DNA of 64,000 nucleotides. It comes from Camelus dromedarius (Eukaryota). Positions 25,320 to 38,699 of this stretch are shown here, in pieces. The notes under the pieces were generated by a model. The model ran no database searches, was not told the DNA's origin, and saw only the letters and a list, made by a program, of their open reading frames with translations. Position numbers and translations under genes: made by a program. The DNA is taken from NCBI RefSeq assembly GCF_036321535.1, contig NC_087436.1, forward strand, positions 100,566,001 to 100,630,000, written 5' to 3'. Numbering within the stretch: the stretch's first letter is position 1; each line of letters begins with the position of its first letter.

Positions 25320-27910
25320 ATGCTTTATTGGTTAGAAAGTTCATACTTTATTCAGATTTCCTCAGTTTTTCCCTAATGTCTTTCTTCTGTCCCAGAATAT
25401 CATCAGAGATATCGCATTACATTTAGACATTATGTCTCTAGTCATACCTCATGACTGAGACATTTTCTCAAATTTTCCTTGTTCTTGGTTACTTTACATT
25501 TTTAAGGATAACTGTTTAGATTTTTGTTTTGTTTTGTTTTGTTTTTAAGAATGTCCTTCAGTTGGGGTTTATGTGTAATCACGTTTTGATCAATCAGGAT
25601 TATACTGGGCTACTGTAGTTTCGTTGAGAGGAAGATCACAAAGGTCATTCTTATGATATATTAAGGATGCACACAATTAACATAACATTGTTGGTCACAT
25701 TAACCTTGATTAGTTGGCTTGAGCTAGCATTTGTCAGGTTTTTCTAATGTAAAGTTTTTTCTTTTTTCATACTGTATTTTTGAAAGAAGGCAACTATGTG
25801 CAGACCACACTTAAGGAGTGGAAAATTACATTCCACTTCTTTAAGAATAGCATATGTGCAGAATTTATTTGGAATTCTATGCCAGGGATTTGTCTATTCT
25901 CATCCATTTATTCAATCATGCCTTTATGTCAGTACAGATTCATTGATGTTTTATTCTTTGGGTTAAAAGCCAATACTTTTTTATTTGTTTTCTCACTGGA
26001 CTTGTTCCCGTTTCAGCTACTGGGGGCACTTTCACTTGGCTCCTGTATCCCTTTGACATGCTACATCATGTCAGGTGTGGAAATTGTTCCGAGGCTCATG
26101 TTGCAGGCTCATGTTGTATAGTTCTTGACTCATTCCTGAAATTGGCTAGTTCTCCAAGGAACCTTGGTTTCTTTTATTGGAGGATAGTATTCAAAACCAC
26201 GATTTGGATGTCAGGTTTACTCATTACTCTAAGGCCTCTCATTTGAAGTAGTCATATTTCTATATATGCAAACTGTATGTATGTTAATCTAAAGATGAGC
26301 TCAGACTGCTGTCTCCAGCTCTACCCATTACCACATGTACTATTCTAGCCTCCTATTTCTTGCCTATCTTTAACCTCCCCCTACAACAGAGGAAAACCTG
26401 GTTCCTATTAGTCACCAACCATTGACTTAATTGTTCAGTTCCAATATACACCTATAGTAGTCTCAGAAATGTTAACCACTATCTTCCTGGAAAATAAATT
26501 TATCAACTAAGATACAGTGATTGCTGGCAGTTCTCTTAGCCTTTAGTCTTACACACTCCATTCACACTCCGAAGTTACTTATATCAGCACCTTCCACCAG
26601 CCTCATCCCCTTCAGGAAGGTGGTTTCACTACTTTTTTTTTTAATACATGTGGATTCTTTTGTCACATTTGCATTCCAAACTGGGACTCTCTGACTTCCT
26701 AAGTTTGTTTTAATTTGCTTAAAGTTTACGTTTTGTGCTGTGAAGTTCTATGGATTTTGACAAATATTTAATATCTTGTGTACGTTACAGCATCACACAG
26801 AACAGTTTCAACACCTTGAAAAGTCTGTTCTTCATCTGTTCAACCTGCCTCATTCTCTGCTCTAACTCTCCATCACCTCTGATTTGCATACCATCTCTAA
26901 TTTATCTTTTCCAGAATATTATACATTTGGAGTTATAAAGTATGCATCATTTTCAGACTGGCTTCTTTCTCTTAGTTTTCTCATAATCATTTGCATTTAA
27001 TATTCGTCCATGTCTTTTCATGGCTTGGTAGCTCAATTTCATTTATTTCTGAATAATGTACCATTGTATGTATGTACTACAGTTTTTTCATTCACCTATT
27101 GAGAGACCTCATGGTTATTTCAGTTTTTGGTGATTATTAATAACACTGTTATAAAAATTTATGTGCAGGTTTTTTGTGAGGACATAAGTTTTCAGAAATG
27201 TGCATAAAAACTAGGATCATAGTTGCTGGATATTTTGGTAAACTATATTTAGTGTAGTGAAAAATTTCAAAAATGTCTTCCAAAATAGCTGTATCATTTC
27301 ATATTCCTACCAGCAATTACTCAGAGTATCTGTTGCTTCTCATACTCGCAAGGAGTTGATATTATCAACTTTTGAATTTTTTGCCATTCTAATAGGTATA
27401 AAATAGTTCTCATTGTTGTTCTGACTTGCAATTATCTAATAACAAATGATGATGAGCATTTTTTCATATCATTGTATAACACCTGCATATCTTTGGTGAG
27501 GTGTCTGTTCAGATTTTTTGCCCATTTCTTAATTGGCTTGTTTGAGTTTTGTTCTGTTGAGTTTTAAGAGCTCTTTGTATATTTTGGATACATATTTTTA
27601 TCACATAAGTGTATTGCAAATAAATTATTCCAGTCTTTAGCTTGTCTTTTGAGTCTCTTAACAGCACCTTTCACAGAGCAGGAATGTTTAATTTTAATAA
27701 AGTCTACCTTGTCAATCAAGGCAGATCTTGACCATGACTTTCTGAATTTGCCGTTTCTCCAAATTTCTGGATGGCAGTTTGTTCTGTACACTCAATGCTT
27801 TAATGGACGCAAGACAAAGTGTCTGTTTTCTGTTTATTCAGTTTTTTTTTTCTTGTTTTAAGAACAGGATTGATGGCATCCAAATTCTTTACAAGTTGAA
27901 GCCAAAACTG
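25320..27910 (-). mobile_element. Old L1 (L1MD-like): 3' UTR and ORF2 end, joined to a 5'-end remnant
   Basis: Antisense 3' UTR similar to 2600-4143. ORF 27564-27791 reads IDKVDFIKIKHSCSVKGAVKRLKRQAKDW. The 5'-type segment 27720-27910 resembles 55340-55520. Confidence 0.85.
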
Positions 27911-28683
27911 GTAGCCAATTTTATGCATTTGTAGCTAAAATTCAAAACAAGATAATTTTTAAAATATTTTTTCTGGGAAAAGATCTTGACAAATTAGGAA
28001 GGGGAAGAAATATGTTTTAGAATATAAAGTTCTAATAATAACTCTGATATTCTTAGAAAAAAAGTAAAATTATCTGACATGGTCTGAATTTAGAAAGTGG
28101 TGGTACAAAACCTAAATTGATGGCATTGCCATGGAAACTATCTCCATAGTCACTCTGGACTTCCTTCTATTAGCACTTGGAAGCATGCCTTTGATTCATA
28201 CTGAGTATGTGTGTACCTGCCCATGGAAGTGTGACAAGTTCTTACACACCCCTCATGCATAGTATTTTCTTTCCTGTACATGCGTTGATGTTACACAACT
28301 AACACAAATATGTACAATTATGACTTATTTGCACTCATAGATATTTGTATTTAAAAAGAGACTTAAACCTGAAGCTGTCCTATAAAATTAATGTTCTCAA
28401 TCTCTAAGAAGTTTTACAATCAAGTTTCATCTGAAGAATTACAAGTGTATTTATCTACTCAATGTCTATGTTTTCTGTATACCAGGACGTGTCTGAAAAA
28501 TATAAAATGAGATTCATGAGATTTAATGTCACAAACAATAACCATGCCACCTATTTCTTCTAAACAAATAGATTTCTAATAATCAAAAGTAGAATGAAAT
28601 ATCTAATTGTCATAAAAGGGTTGTTATGGGTAATAGTAGAAAAATCACTCTGCAAATATTTTATCTTATCATCAGGTACAGCC

Positions 28684-28813
28684 CAGATGATCACATAACT
28701 TTTTGGACAAATGAGGATATTCTGGATAGTGGAAGACACCTTCTAGTAATTATGCTGGTACAACAGGCATAATCTGAAATGACCCAGGCAAATTGGGATA
28801 TGTTGTCATTCTG
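28684..28813 (+). mobile_element. MER94-like hAT-Blackjack MITE
   Basis: gatgatcacataac...taattatgctggtacaacaggcataa...ccaggcaaattgggatatgttgtcattct matches the recalled MER94 consensus. Confidence 0.7.
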
Positions 28814-29014
28814 CATTCAGTACCATCTTTCCTTTTTAACTCTATAAATAGTCATTTTAAGTTTCATTTATGCAGCACATTTATTGAGTACATCACCTAT
28901 TAATTGATGTTTGGCAGTTTAACTTTTGCATTAAAAGGAAAAAAAAGCTTGCATTTTTTTTTCTTTTGTAGCAATTGTAGCAGCATGATTGAACACTGTT
29001 AGATATCTGAACTC

Positions 29015-29049
29015 CACACACACACACAAACACACACACACACACACAC
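29015..29049. repeat. (CA)n microsatellite
   Basis: Directly visible. Confidence 0.95.
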
Positions 29050-31404
29050 TCTTGGTGTTTTCCTAGCTTAGAATATTTTAAAATCTTTTTACACAGTTTT
29101 ATTTTTCCTTGCTTTTAAAAATATGCTTAGGAATTAGAACTCTTCTAAATTGGTCTCTGTTTCTGATATTAGAGGTAAAGATAACATTTATTTGGCAATT
29201 ATTCAATAACGTACACTGTAATTTCAGGTCTGGGCCAGGTGCCGGACCTGTATCATTGATCACAACAGGCAGTCTCTGCTCTCTCTGAAGAGAATTCCCT
29301 AATGTATATCTTTGGAATGTTTCATTCATAATACTATTAAATGAAGTTTTCCCTATTGAAATTTTATTTGTCAAAAATCAGATTTTTTTCAAATAGTAAT
29401 ATACTGATACTACTCTACAAAAATATCATTGTAAAGTAGCAATCCTAATTTAGAGAGTTTCTGGCATATATAAGGAACTCTGCAAATAATTATTCAATGA
29501 TTGAATGAGTAAAATTCAGTAAGTCTTTGGTATTTGTGGATAGGGATTTGATATTGGTAAGTGAAATGTATTTGAACTCAGTAAATAATTCTAGCCACTG
29601 GGCTATAGTTGGAAACTAGCCCTGAGTTACAAATATTTTCTTGTCTTTTGTCCTTTTTCACCCTCAGTAAACAAATATGGTGAAAAATAACGTAAAGTCA
29701 GAAATTGCATGGAAAGTGGTATGAATATGAGTTGAATAGAACATGATAGTTGTTCAACTATCTGAACAACTAGAATACCATTCCCCTTAGAGATGCCAAC
29801 AGCACTTGCCTTTCAGGTTAAAATTTAAGAACTACAATCAGTAAACTACCATTTGCTACCATATTTCATGAACTGCAGACATCATCAGTTATAAGCTATA
29901 CCTTATTTTATGAACACAAGAAAGAAAAAATGCTAACATATAAACAATGATATACTTATCACATTTTTTTCAATTTTATTCTTACCAAGAGTTCTAACAT
30001 TACTGAGATAGTTCTTCAAATTGTGTATCATTCTGATAATGCACACCCAATGGGAAAAAAAATGAACAAAGTAAATTAGTTCATGTGTTCTTAAATCTTC
30101 TTTGTATCCAAAACTGATTTTCCTGAATTTATTTTTTGTTAAGAATTGCCACTGAATCACAACACGCAACATTGGTCAATGTGTTATCAAGAGTGTTGGT
30201 GACACAGCATTTCCTAAGAACGTTCTGTAATTGTCTCTAAACATTTACTTCCAAATCACTAATGCCAATTGGATACATTTTTAAAGATGGTTCATTTTTT
30301 ACCTACTGGGGATATTAGTTGAAGATTCTCATACAACAGCCAGGGTTCTCATTCTTTTTTCAAGGAATCTTTAAATCTTTCACCAGTGTACGACACATCT
30401 CAGGTTCAGAGATACCTAAATGTTAATGGCATGTGTATGTATGTGTTTATTTACATTCATACATACACATATATGTATGTGTGTGATATTACACATATGC
30501 ATATATATATGTGTATACTTTATATCTTACCTTATTGCAATGAAATATATACAGTAAATGAAGTGAAACACAGTAAGTCTCTGCAGTTCCTCTTGGCGTG
30601 AATAATGCAGAAAGTCCTAACAGTATATGGGTGTGAATGATTGGTTTTGAAAGTAGAAAATCTATTGTTTAGCTGCAAATTTGTGTGCTTATTTAATGTG
30701 ATATTTAGATGGGAAAATGCAAAATTTTCCTAAAATACACTGAAAACGTATACTACATTTTAGATTATCCAGAGAAAAGCTTAAGTATTGTGTTACTTGT
30801 TTAGTTATGTGCCATAATAAAACTGAGTTTAATATAAGCTTATTGCAGAAAGAAGAAAAAAAGTCCCATTTTGTAGTACTGGCTTTCTATTTCCTATCTA
30901 CTTGGCCACATGAAATTTGGGTGCCTGTAAAGGCAGGATAATAACTAATCCTCTTTGGTGTTTAGCTTCACTTAATCCTTTCTGGTACTTATCCTATTAA
31001 CATTTTTTCTCTTGTATTTAAATGCCAGTGCAGAGCACTCAAATTACTTGCATTTATTCCTGTGGTTCTGAATTTCCCAGTTAGAGAAAGTACCTACAGA
31101 AATGTTTGATTAAATATATGCATTTATCTGAGTCTATATTCATTTTCAAGTGCTTATTCTAGTTTAATGACTTTTAGCTTGGATATTTTAAGCTACCAGT
31201 TTATGTTTACCATTATTTTGTAACTGTTGAATTCATCTGCAATGCAACATAAGCTCTTTAACTGGGCTTCCAAGGAATTTTATAAAACTTTTGCATCCTT
31301 TTAGATTTTAGTTAAAACCCTATTAGAAGTACACGACTCCTTAAAGCATATTACTGGGCATTACTTATATTAAAGGGTATAAACCAATAAATCTGTTGAA
31401 AAAC

Positions 31405-31747
31405 TGTATTAGTCAGATCAGGCTAAGTTATGCTGCACTAACTTGCATGCACAAAATCACAATAGTTTTGAAAAACAAAAGCTTATTTCTCATTCATAAC
31501 TCATGTCATTATGGGTTTGCAAGAGAGTCTGTCTGAGATCCCCGAGACAGAGGAGTTGGAATGTGGTAAATCAAGTCCGGCTGTTAAAACTTTCCTTTCA
31601 AAGCATCACATTGAATTGCCTTCTTGTTTCCTTACGCAAAGCAAGTCATGGGATAGAAAATCATCTCAAGGTGGCTGGGTAAAGGACAGTTTTGCTGTGT
31701 GTCAGAAAGAGAAGAGGGCATATTTGTAACCAATCCCAATTATTACA
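31405..31747 (-). mobile_element. MaLR LTR (old MLT1-type)
   Basis: tgtattagtcagatcaggctaagttatgctgc...gcttatttctcattca...aagcaagtcatgg...attaca. Confidence 0.7.
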
Positions 31748-32049
31748 ACATTCAATTTAATGCACTTTTCCTTTAGAGGAACACAGAGTAACTTAATAAT
31801 ACAAAGTCAAGACATTGGGATGCTAATATATTTAACTTTCTTTTGAAAAAAGAAATGAAGCATAGAGCATTTTTGGTGTTGCCTTTTTTTTTTAGTTTAT
31901 ATATAAGAAAGAAATGATTATAAAGGTGTATGTTTTGTGTATCTATAAACTTTCACATATATGTATGTATATACATAGACGTTTTATCACTGTGCATTTG
32001 TACGTTATTTGATATTTCAACAAACAGTTTAAAAATATCTTTGTTCTCC

Positions 32050-32180
32050 TACTCTATTATGATTGAGGAAGAAACCTAGACAATTTAAATAATCTTTTCT
32101 AAATTACACAGCTCAAAAGTCATCACATTGAAATCCAGTTCCGTTAGTTTGTGGTTTTCCGACTATGAAATGCTGCCTCT
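32050..32180 (-). mobile_element. MIR fragment
   Basis: attgaggaagaaacctagac...aaattacacagct. Confidence 0.5.
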
Positions 32181-32454
32181 TAGGAAAAGTACTGCTTAGA
32201 TTTTTGACCTTTAAAGGTATACTCAGTTTTCTCCTACCCTTACATGAGACTCAAATATGAAATATTACAAATTGGGCATTTCCTGGTACAGTGAGATGAA
32301 AAGTTTGGCAAATCATCTCTAAAACAATTACAAAACTGGACATAATTGTCAAAAAACAATAGATTTAAGGCTCTGGAAATGGACAGAAGGTATACAACAA
32401 ACTGACAAGTGTTTATTCATGAAAATCTACTAACCTTGAAGACAAATCTACTAA

Positions 32455-32672
32455 TGAGATGAACAGAAGAGGAGAGACATACAGAAGAGTAGAAGATGCA
32501 GTGGCTGGAGTGACAACTGCCACAAACCAAGGAATACCAAGGAATTTGGGACAGCCTCCTGCTAACGTCTTAATTTCAGAATTCTGGCATCCAGAACTGA
32601 GTGAATTAATTTATTGTTTTAAGCCACCAACTTTGTAGTTATTTCTCCTAGCAGTCTCAGGAAATTAAGACA
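32455..32672 (+). mobile_element. MaLR LTR (MLT1B/C-like) 3' part
   Basis: gccacaaaccaaggaa...ttctggcatccagaactg...ttgttttaagccacc...ggaaattaagaca. Confidence 0.85.
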
Positions 32673-32679
32673 AATGTCA

Positions 32680-34760
32680 AGAGAAAAATAAAATCAATTT
32701 TGTCTGTAATCTAGAAATAAATAATTCAAAAATAAAATTAAACAGATGATTCCATTCACAATAGGAGAAAAAAGAATACAATACTTAAGAATAAATTTAA
32801 TAAAAAGCAGTACAAAACTTGCAAAATAAAAACTGTAAAACACTGCTGAGAAAAATCAAAGATCTAGACAAACTGAGAGACATCCCATGTTTATGGAACT
32901 AGATTCAAAGTGGTAATTCTCCTTCAACTGATATACAGATTCAAAATTAGGTTTTTTAAAAATAAATTGACAAGTGAGTCCTAGAAGACATGTATGAAAA
33001 TCAAAGAATCTAGAATAGCCAAAACAATTTTGGAAATTAAAGTTATATGACTAAACTAACCATTTTAAAGACATACTATGAGGCTACAACAATGAAAACA
33101 CTGTGGTATTGGTGTAAGGGTTGTCATATAGATTATATAAACTTAGGTAACAGAATTGAGAGTCCGGATAAGAACCCTTTCTTGTATCTTCAATTTATTT
33201 TTGACAAAAATGCCAAGATAATTGTTTTCAACAAGTGGTACTGGGATAATTGGATACCTCACACTGTATACACAAATTAACTCATTTATTTGATAAAAGA
33301 CTTGTTTCCAGATTATGTAAAGAGCACTTAAAACTCAGTGATAAGATGACACTTGATTTAAAAATAGATAACAGATTCAAATAGATATTTTATCAAAAGA
33401 AATCTTCTCCAGAGAAGATATACAAATGGCAAACAAACACAAGAAAAGATGTTTAATGTCATTATTCATTAGGAAAATGAAAATTAGAAATGCAACAACA
33501 TACTGCTACAAGCCCATTAGAGTAGCTATAATTAAAAAGACAACGGTAAGTGTTGGCAAGGATGTTGAAAAACTACAACCTTTATCTGTTGCTAGTTGAA
33601 ATGTAAAATGATTGTATTTGTTTCTTGCTACTGTAAAAAGTTACCAAAAACATATCAAATAACACATATTACCTTACAGTTCTTCCTATAGTTCAGAAAT
33701 TCCATATGGGTTTCACTGGGCTAAGACCACAGTGTAGGCAGGGCTGTGTTCCTTTTGTGGGCTTTTAGGGAGAATACATTTCCTTGCTCATTCAAATGTT
33801 GGCAGAATTCAGTTCTATGCCTTGTATTGACTGAGGTCTTTGTTTTTCACTGGCTATCAGCTGGGGGCCGTTCTTAGCTCCCAATGGCTTCTATCCAATC
33901 TGTGCACATAACTCCCCCACAAACACGTACATCTCAAAACCAGCAAAAGAGCACTGAATCCTTGTGTTGTCATCTCTCTGCCTCATGTCTCTGCCTCTTT
34001 TCTTCCATTTTTAAGGACCCTTATAGTTAACATTGGGTCCACGTGGAGAAGCTCAGATATCCCCCCCCCCCAACTACCTTAATTCCCTTTTCCCATGTGA
34101 TAGAGCATAGTCCCAAGTTACAGAAATTAGAACTTGTCCATCTCTGCAGGGTAGCCCTTCTTTTGCCTACCACAATGGTATAGCCACTTAGGAAAGTGGT
34201 TTTTTAAAAAAAAGTTAATATAAGACTTAGGCCTTTTTTAACTAGGAATCCTCTTAGAGCAATGAAAACATCACGTCCACAGAAAAGCCAGTTCTCAAAT
34301 GTTTCTAGCAGCATTGTTCAAAATAGCCAAGAACTGAAAACAAAATGTTCATCAACTAGTGAATGAATAAACAAACAGGCAAAGCCATACAATGGAATAC
34401 TATTCATTAATGAAAAGAAGCAAATTATTGATATATGATGCAACAAAAATGAAGCTCAGACACACGGTAGTCAAAAACTCCAGATACAGAAAGCTATACG
34501 TTATACTAGTATATTAAATCTGCAGAAATGGTAAATCTATAGACTAAAAGCATATCAATGTTTGCCTGGAGATTAGGGCAGAGAGGACTGACTGAAAACG
34601 AGCATGAAGAAACTTGTTGAATGAGGAGAATATTCTAAAACTGTATGATAATGATGTCACACATCAAACTCTAGATTTACTAAAAATCAGTTAATTCTAC
34701 ACATACAGTGGGTACATTTTATAGTAGATAAATTACGCTTCAATAAAGCTTCTAAAATCC
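32680..34760 (+). mobile_element. L1 (L1MB/L1ME-like) ORF2 3' half and 3' UTR, interrupted by an MLT1 LTR
   Basis: ORF 33047-33280 reads KTYYEATTMKTLWYW...NRIESP...FNKWYWDNW. 3' end aaattacgcttcaataaag. Confidence 0.88.
33613..34174 (-). mobile_element. MaLR solo LTR (MLT1-type) with 5-bp TSD
   Basis: tgtatt...cctaccaca termini. TSD atgat (33608-33612) / atggt (34175-34179). Host L1 reads through once the LTR is removed. Confidence 0.88.
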
Positions 34761-35149
34761 TGCTTTTAAAATTCACATTTTACAAGTAAGCAAGCATTTA
34801 CTAAAGAACAATTCTATCATTAGCTAATTCATAATTTGTTTCTTAATTTTGAAGCTTAACGCCACCACCTCCAAAATGTCTACCACCTCCCTCAGACAAA
34901 GGGCTCCCAAGGACCATGACATCCCTCTGCCCATGCTGAAAAACACCCCTGTACATGGCACAACCCACCCCAAGCAGATTTAACCAGTAACATCATGCGA
35001 TAGAAGGACTGTCCTGCAATAAAGGAAAAAAAAAAAAGCAGACGCAACATCCAAATCTCAAGCATCAACCATACAGAAGTGAATTTATGAGCAAGCTGCC
35101 TGTATTCCACTGTGCATAATTTCTGAGCTAGGAAACCTTCAGATTGGTT

Positions 35150-35250
35150 TGCTCAACCTTACCACAGTGGGTTATTATCAGAATTAAATGGAACAATGTA
35201 TAAACGACGTCCAGCACAATGCCTGGCAGATCTAACAAATGCTAAGCAGC
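35150..35250 (+). mobile_element. MIR 3' fragment
   Basis: gggttattatcagaattaaatgg...cagcacaatgcctggca. Confidence 0.7.
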
Positions 35251-37079
35251 TTTCCCTTTCTTACAGAAGAACTCACTGTTATGTTCTACTTACAGTTATT
35301 TCATTTTTCAGCAAATATTAAACGAGCTCCTCTCCACTGAAGTGTTGGGTCTCTGGTTTGTTTTGTGGGTTTGAGATATTTATCTCCTCGGTCTACGCCA
35401 GCATCAAGCAGGCCCCCAGTGGTGGTGAACCTGCGTAATGAGACAGAGATTGAGCACCCTCCAAACTAGGCCGGACACAACTGAACGGCTGTTAAATGAC
35501 AAAGAGATATGGACAGAAATGAGCAAGAATAAAATCATGATTCTAGCAAGCTAATAGAATTACCAACACAGTGAAACAAAGATTTATTTTTGTAGAATAC
35601 GTTAATATTTCAATGTGATATGACAAATGTGAGGACATGTAGACATAAGAGGACCAGGCAATGTTCCTGATGGAGAAACGTTGCTAAAACTGGAATGGAA
35701 AGTCACGTTTGGCTTCATCTGTGATGGCAGCTCTGACTTCACACTCCTGTTTAAAAGCTCAGCAGAATGTCACTGCAGCTCAGGGAAGGCAGTTGCTAAT
35801 TAAATAAAGCCCTACCCCTTTGAAAGTTGTATGTCTGAAATACCAAGCTGTGAGCTTTGCCTGTCTGTTCCTTAGATTTTTAAGTGCCAGTGAACCTGGA
35901 AAATCATGAACTTCAATTGCGCTCTTTTTTTTTTTTTCCCCTGAGGTCCTGCTGCGTTAAGTGCGCTGTGAGGCCAAAATAGAGAACACAAGTCTTTAAG
36001 TCAAAAAAAAAATGCATGTCTTGTCACATCTACTAGGGGTCTTCGGGGATAGAAAAATATATATCACATTTTATATATATATATCACATTTTAAATTTTT
36101 GCATTGTGTTTACTATGCTAGAATTTTTTTTCCAAATTGTGAATGCATTTATTTACAAGGGGAAGTAAATGTACCTTGAGGGTTTATTTTTCTAAGTTAT
36201 AAATAATAGAATCAAAAATATCTTCTAAATTTTATGTCTGTCCATAGGGAAATCAAGGCAGCAAATGTGAGACAAAAGAAGAGGTTTTTCTGTTATCTAA
36301 AAGCGAGAGAGTAGTTCTAGAAATACGTAAAATCATCCTTCCTTTGATGGTTCTCATTTCATCACAATACATGAATTTTCCTATTTTGAATTTGAGAGGC
36401 TGAGCGAAAGGAGGTCCTGAGAAAGGTACTGGGTTACAGTCATAGGATGGGGACACTGAGATGTAGGAGACTGCTACCTATGCCTGCTGGCTGCCTGCAA
36501 GCCAAGGAGAACATCAGTCAGAACTCTGAGAACCTCTGTTTCACTATGTGCATCAATCACCATTACTTCCAGAATCCAAAAATGTTATCTAACCAGGAGT
36601 GATTTAACCTTGTATGAGCTATAGTAATGCAGCCAGGTTAGTTTCATCTAGAATTTTTCTCAAAAAAAAAAAAACAACACATTTGGGTCAAATAACACAT
36701 TTTTGGAAATAAAGACTTTTCTCTCCTATGAAATTATGTGATGTGGAATGATACCAGTTCTGGGCTTCTTCAAACTTTATTATTTCTAGGAGTCCTCAGG
36801 GCTGTCTTACTGGTGCTTCTGATCACCTAGTCTTTGTTTTCACCAACTACAAAGCCTCTCACTACCCATAAAGATACAAAAATATTCCAAGGTTGTCACT
36901 AAGATGATAGTATTAAAGAGCCAGTTGCTGATATTTGGGACAAGAAGTGTATCCTCTTATAAATGCCTGTTCTGTTGGAAGTGCCTTCCTCTGATCTTAA
37001 AGCAGTTGTTAACTAATGAATATTCTTATCATATCTGATCATAACTGTGCACATGGACTGATAAACTGGAGTTATGCTC

Positions 37080-37240
37080 AGTATATTGGGTGTTTTGGCG
37101 TCAAACTCAACACAGGGCAAAAACCCAGCTCTGTCATTAACTTTGGACAATTCATGCACTCTCTATATATTTCACAGGTGTTTCCTATTTAAAATGGAGA
37201 CTATAATAGCATAGTTTTATTGAGTCATTGCATTGGAGCA
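37080..37240 (+). mobile_element. MIR SINE (degraded)
   Basis: aaacccagctctgtcattaactttggacaa...tttcctatttaaaatggagactataatag. Confidence 0.65.
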
Positions 37241-37392
37241 TTGGGCAAATAATGTGGTTTTGTGGACTAAGCCATCCTGGGTTCCAAACAAAAGTGGGAG
37301 TACTGTTAAATATTCTAGTGTTTCACAATTATCATGCTCTGTGTAACTATGTCCATTTTAAATTGTGCCCATTTATTTATAAATTTAATGTA

Positions 37393-37613
37393 CAGTTGAC
37401 CTTTAAACAACACGGGTTTGAACTACACAGGTTCACTTATGTGAGGATTTTTTTAATAGTAAATACTATAGTACTGCTGTGCAGTTGGTTGAATCCAAGG
37501 ATGCTGAAGACCCATGTAGAGGGAGGGCCAACTATATATTATACACAGATTTTTGGCTATGCAGAGGGTTGGTGCCCTTAGCCCTTCCTCCCTCGTTGTT
37601 CAAGGCTCAACTG
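37393..37613 (+). mobile_element. MER8-like TcMar-Tigger MITE, TA-flanked
   Basis: TA|cagttgacctttaaacaacacgggtttgaact ... gttgttcaaggctcaactg|TA. Confidence 0.92.
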
Positions 37614-38449
37614 TATGTTTATTGAAGCAGCTTCCATGGCAGTAGAACACAGGTGAGTAATGGATACCATATGTATTTGGAATTGCTTTTGCCCTTTCAG
37701 TATGGAGTCATTGTATTTGGAATATATCTCTGTCTCCTTAAGACTAGTTGTTTCTCAGCTTCTCTGTTCTTCCTGGAAAAGTTTTGTGGATACACTTTCA
37801 CCTAATAAGACACTCATAACTGAACCACTGTCTTACCCACTGCACTCTTCACATTCACACCTGACACGTGCATCTCAACCAGACAACAACAGTCCACTAG
37901 ATGTTCCTCTAACACATCTACATTGATATGAAAGTATCAGTTTAGTTCAAGCTGGAACACTTACATTTAAATGCACATGTAATTATGACCCCACAAACTA
38001 CATACTGAATTCTGAATTTCTTTATCTCCAAACAATATCCTACATGATGAAGATCATCTCAGGTTTGGGAAAGGTCTGCAAGGATAGGAAATGCACTAAG
38101 TAATTTTACAAGTCCTAGTGCCTTCCAATTTGATATCCCTTTGGACTTTCTTAACAATCAAATTCATACTCTTATAATCCCCAGATTATTTTTTGTCCCA
38201 AATGACTTTCTGTCTTGGTAAATTTTGTGATATGGATGCAGATTACACCTGGGATGCATCTAAAAATTCTACAAATAAGTAAGTTAAAATCTCCTGTCTG
38301 AAATGTTAACTACTGCCTTTGCCTAGCAATAATGACTTGGTTTTCTATACCTTTTACTTTAATGTAATACAAATGTGTATAGTTGTCCCTTCATATCCAG
38401 CAGATAGGAGGACTAACTGTGTTCACTGTACTATATGCCATTGACCTGA

Positions 38450-38589
38450 GCATCTGCCCTCTGAGCCTCTTTCTAAAGGGTATTAAGCCCAACCACCTCT
38501 CAAAGGCCCCACCTCCTAGTACAATCACCTTGGGAGTTAGGATTTCATCATATGAATTTTGCGTTGACAAAAACATCTAGGCCGTAGCA
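38450..38589 (-). mobile_element. MaLR LTR (MLT1A/B-like) fragment
   Basis: cacctctcaaaggccccacctcctagtacaatcaccttgggagttaggatttca...tatgaatttt...ccgtagca. Confidence 0.85.
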
Positions 38590-38699
38590 CTATTTAACTG
38601 CAGATCCCTCCCCCATGCCAGTGTTTACTAAATTATAGGTCATGAACTACTAGAGACTAGAGATGAATATCACAGATGGCACCCAGTACACTGGATTTC

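Noticed and set aside
29099..29374. ORF with GPAPGP motif in a locally GC-richer patch, considered as a coding exon
   Set aside because: No convincing acceptor/donor pair on either strand and no recognised protein.
35411..35425. CTCF-like motif (similar ones at ~5038 and ~37893)
   Set aside because: Each has two mismatches at high-information positions; expected by chance.
36056..36092. Short tandem duplication of atatatatcacatttta (similarly aggctcatgttg twice at ~26092-26116)
   Set aside because: Ordinary slippage duplications; nothing array-like or CRISPR-like.
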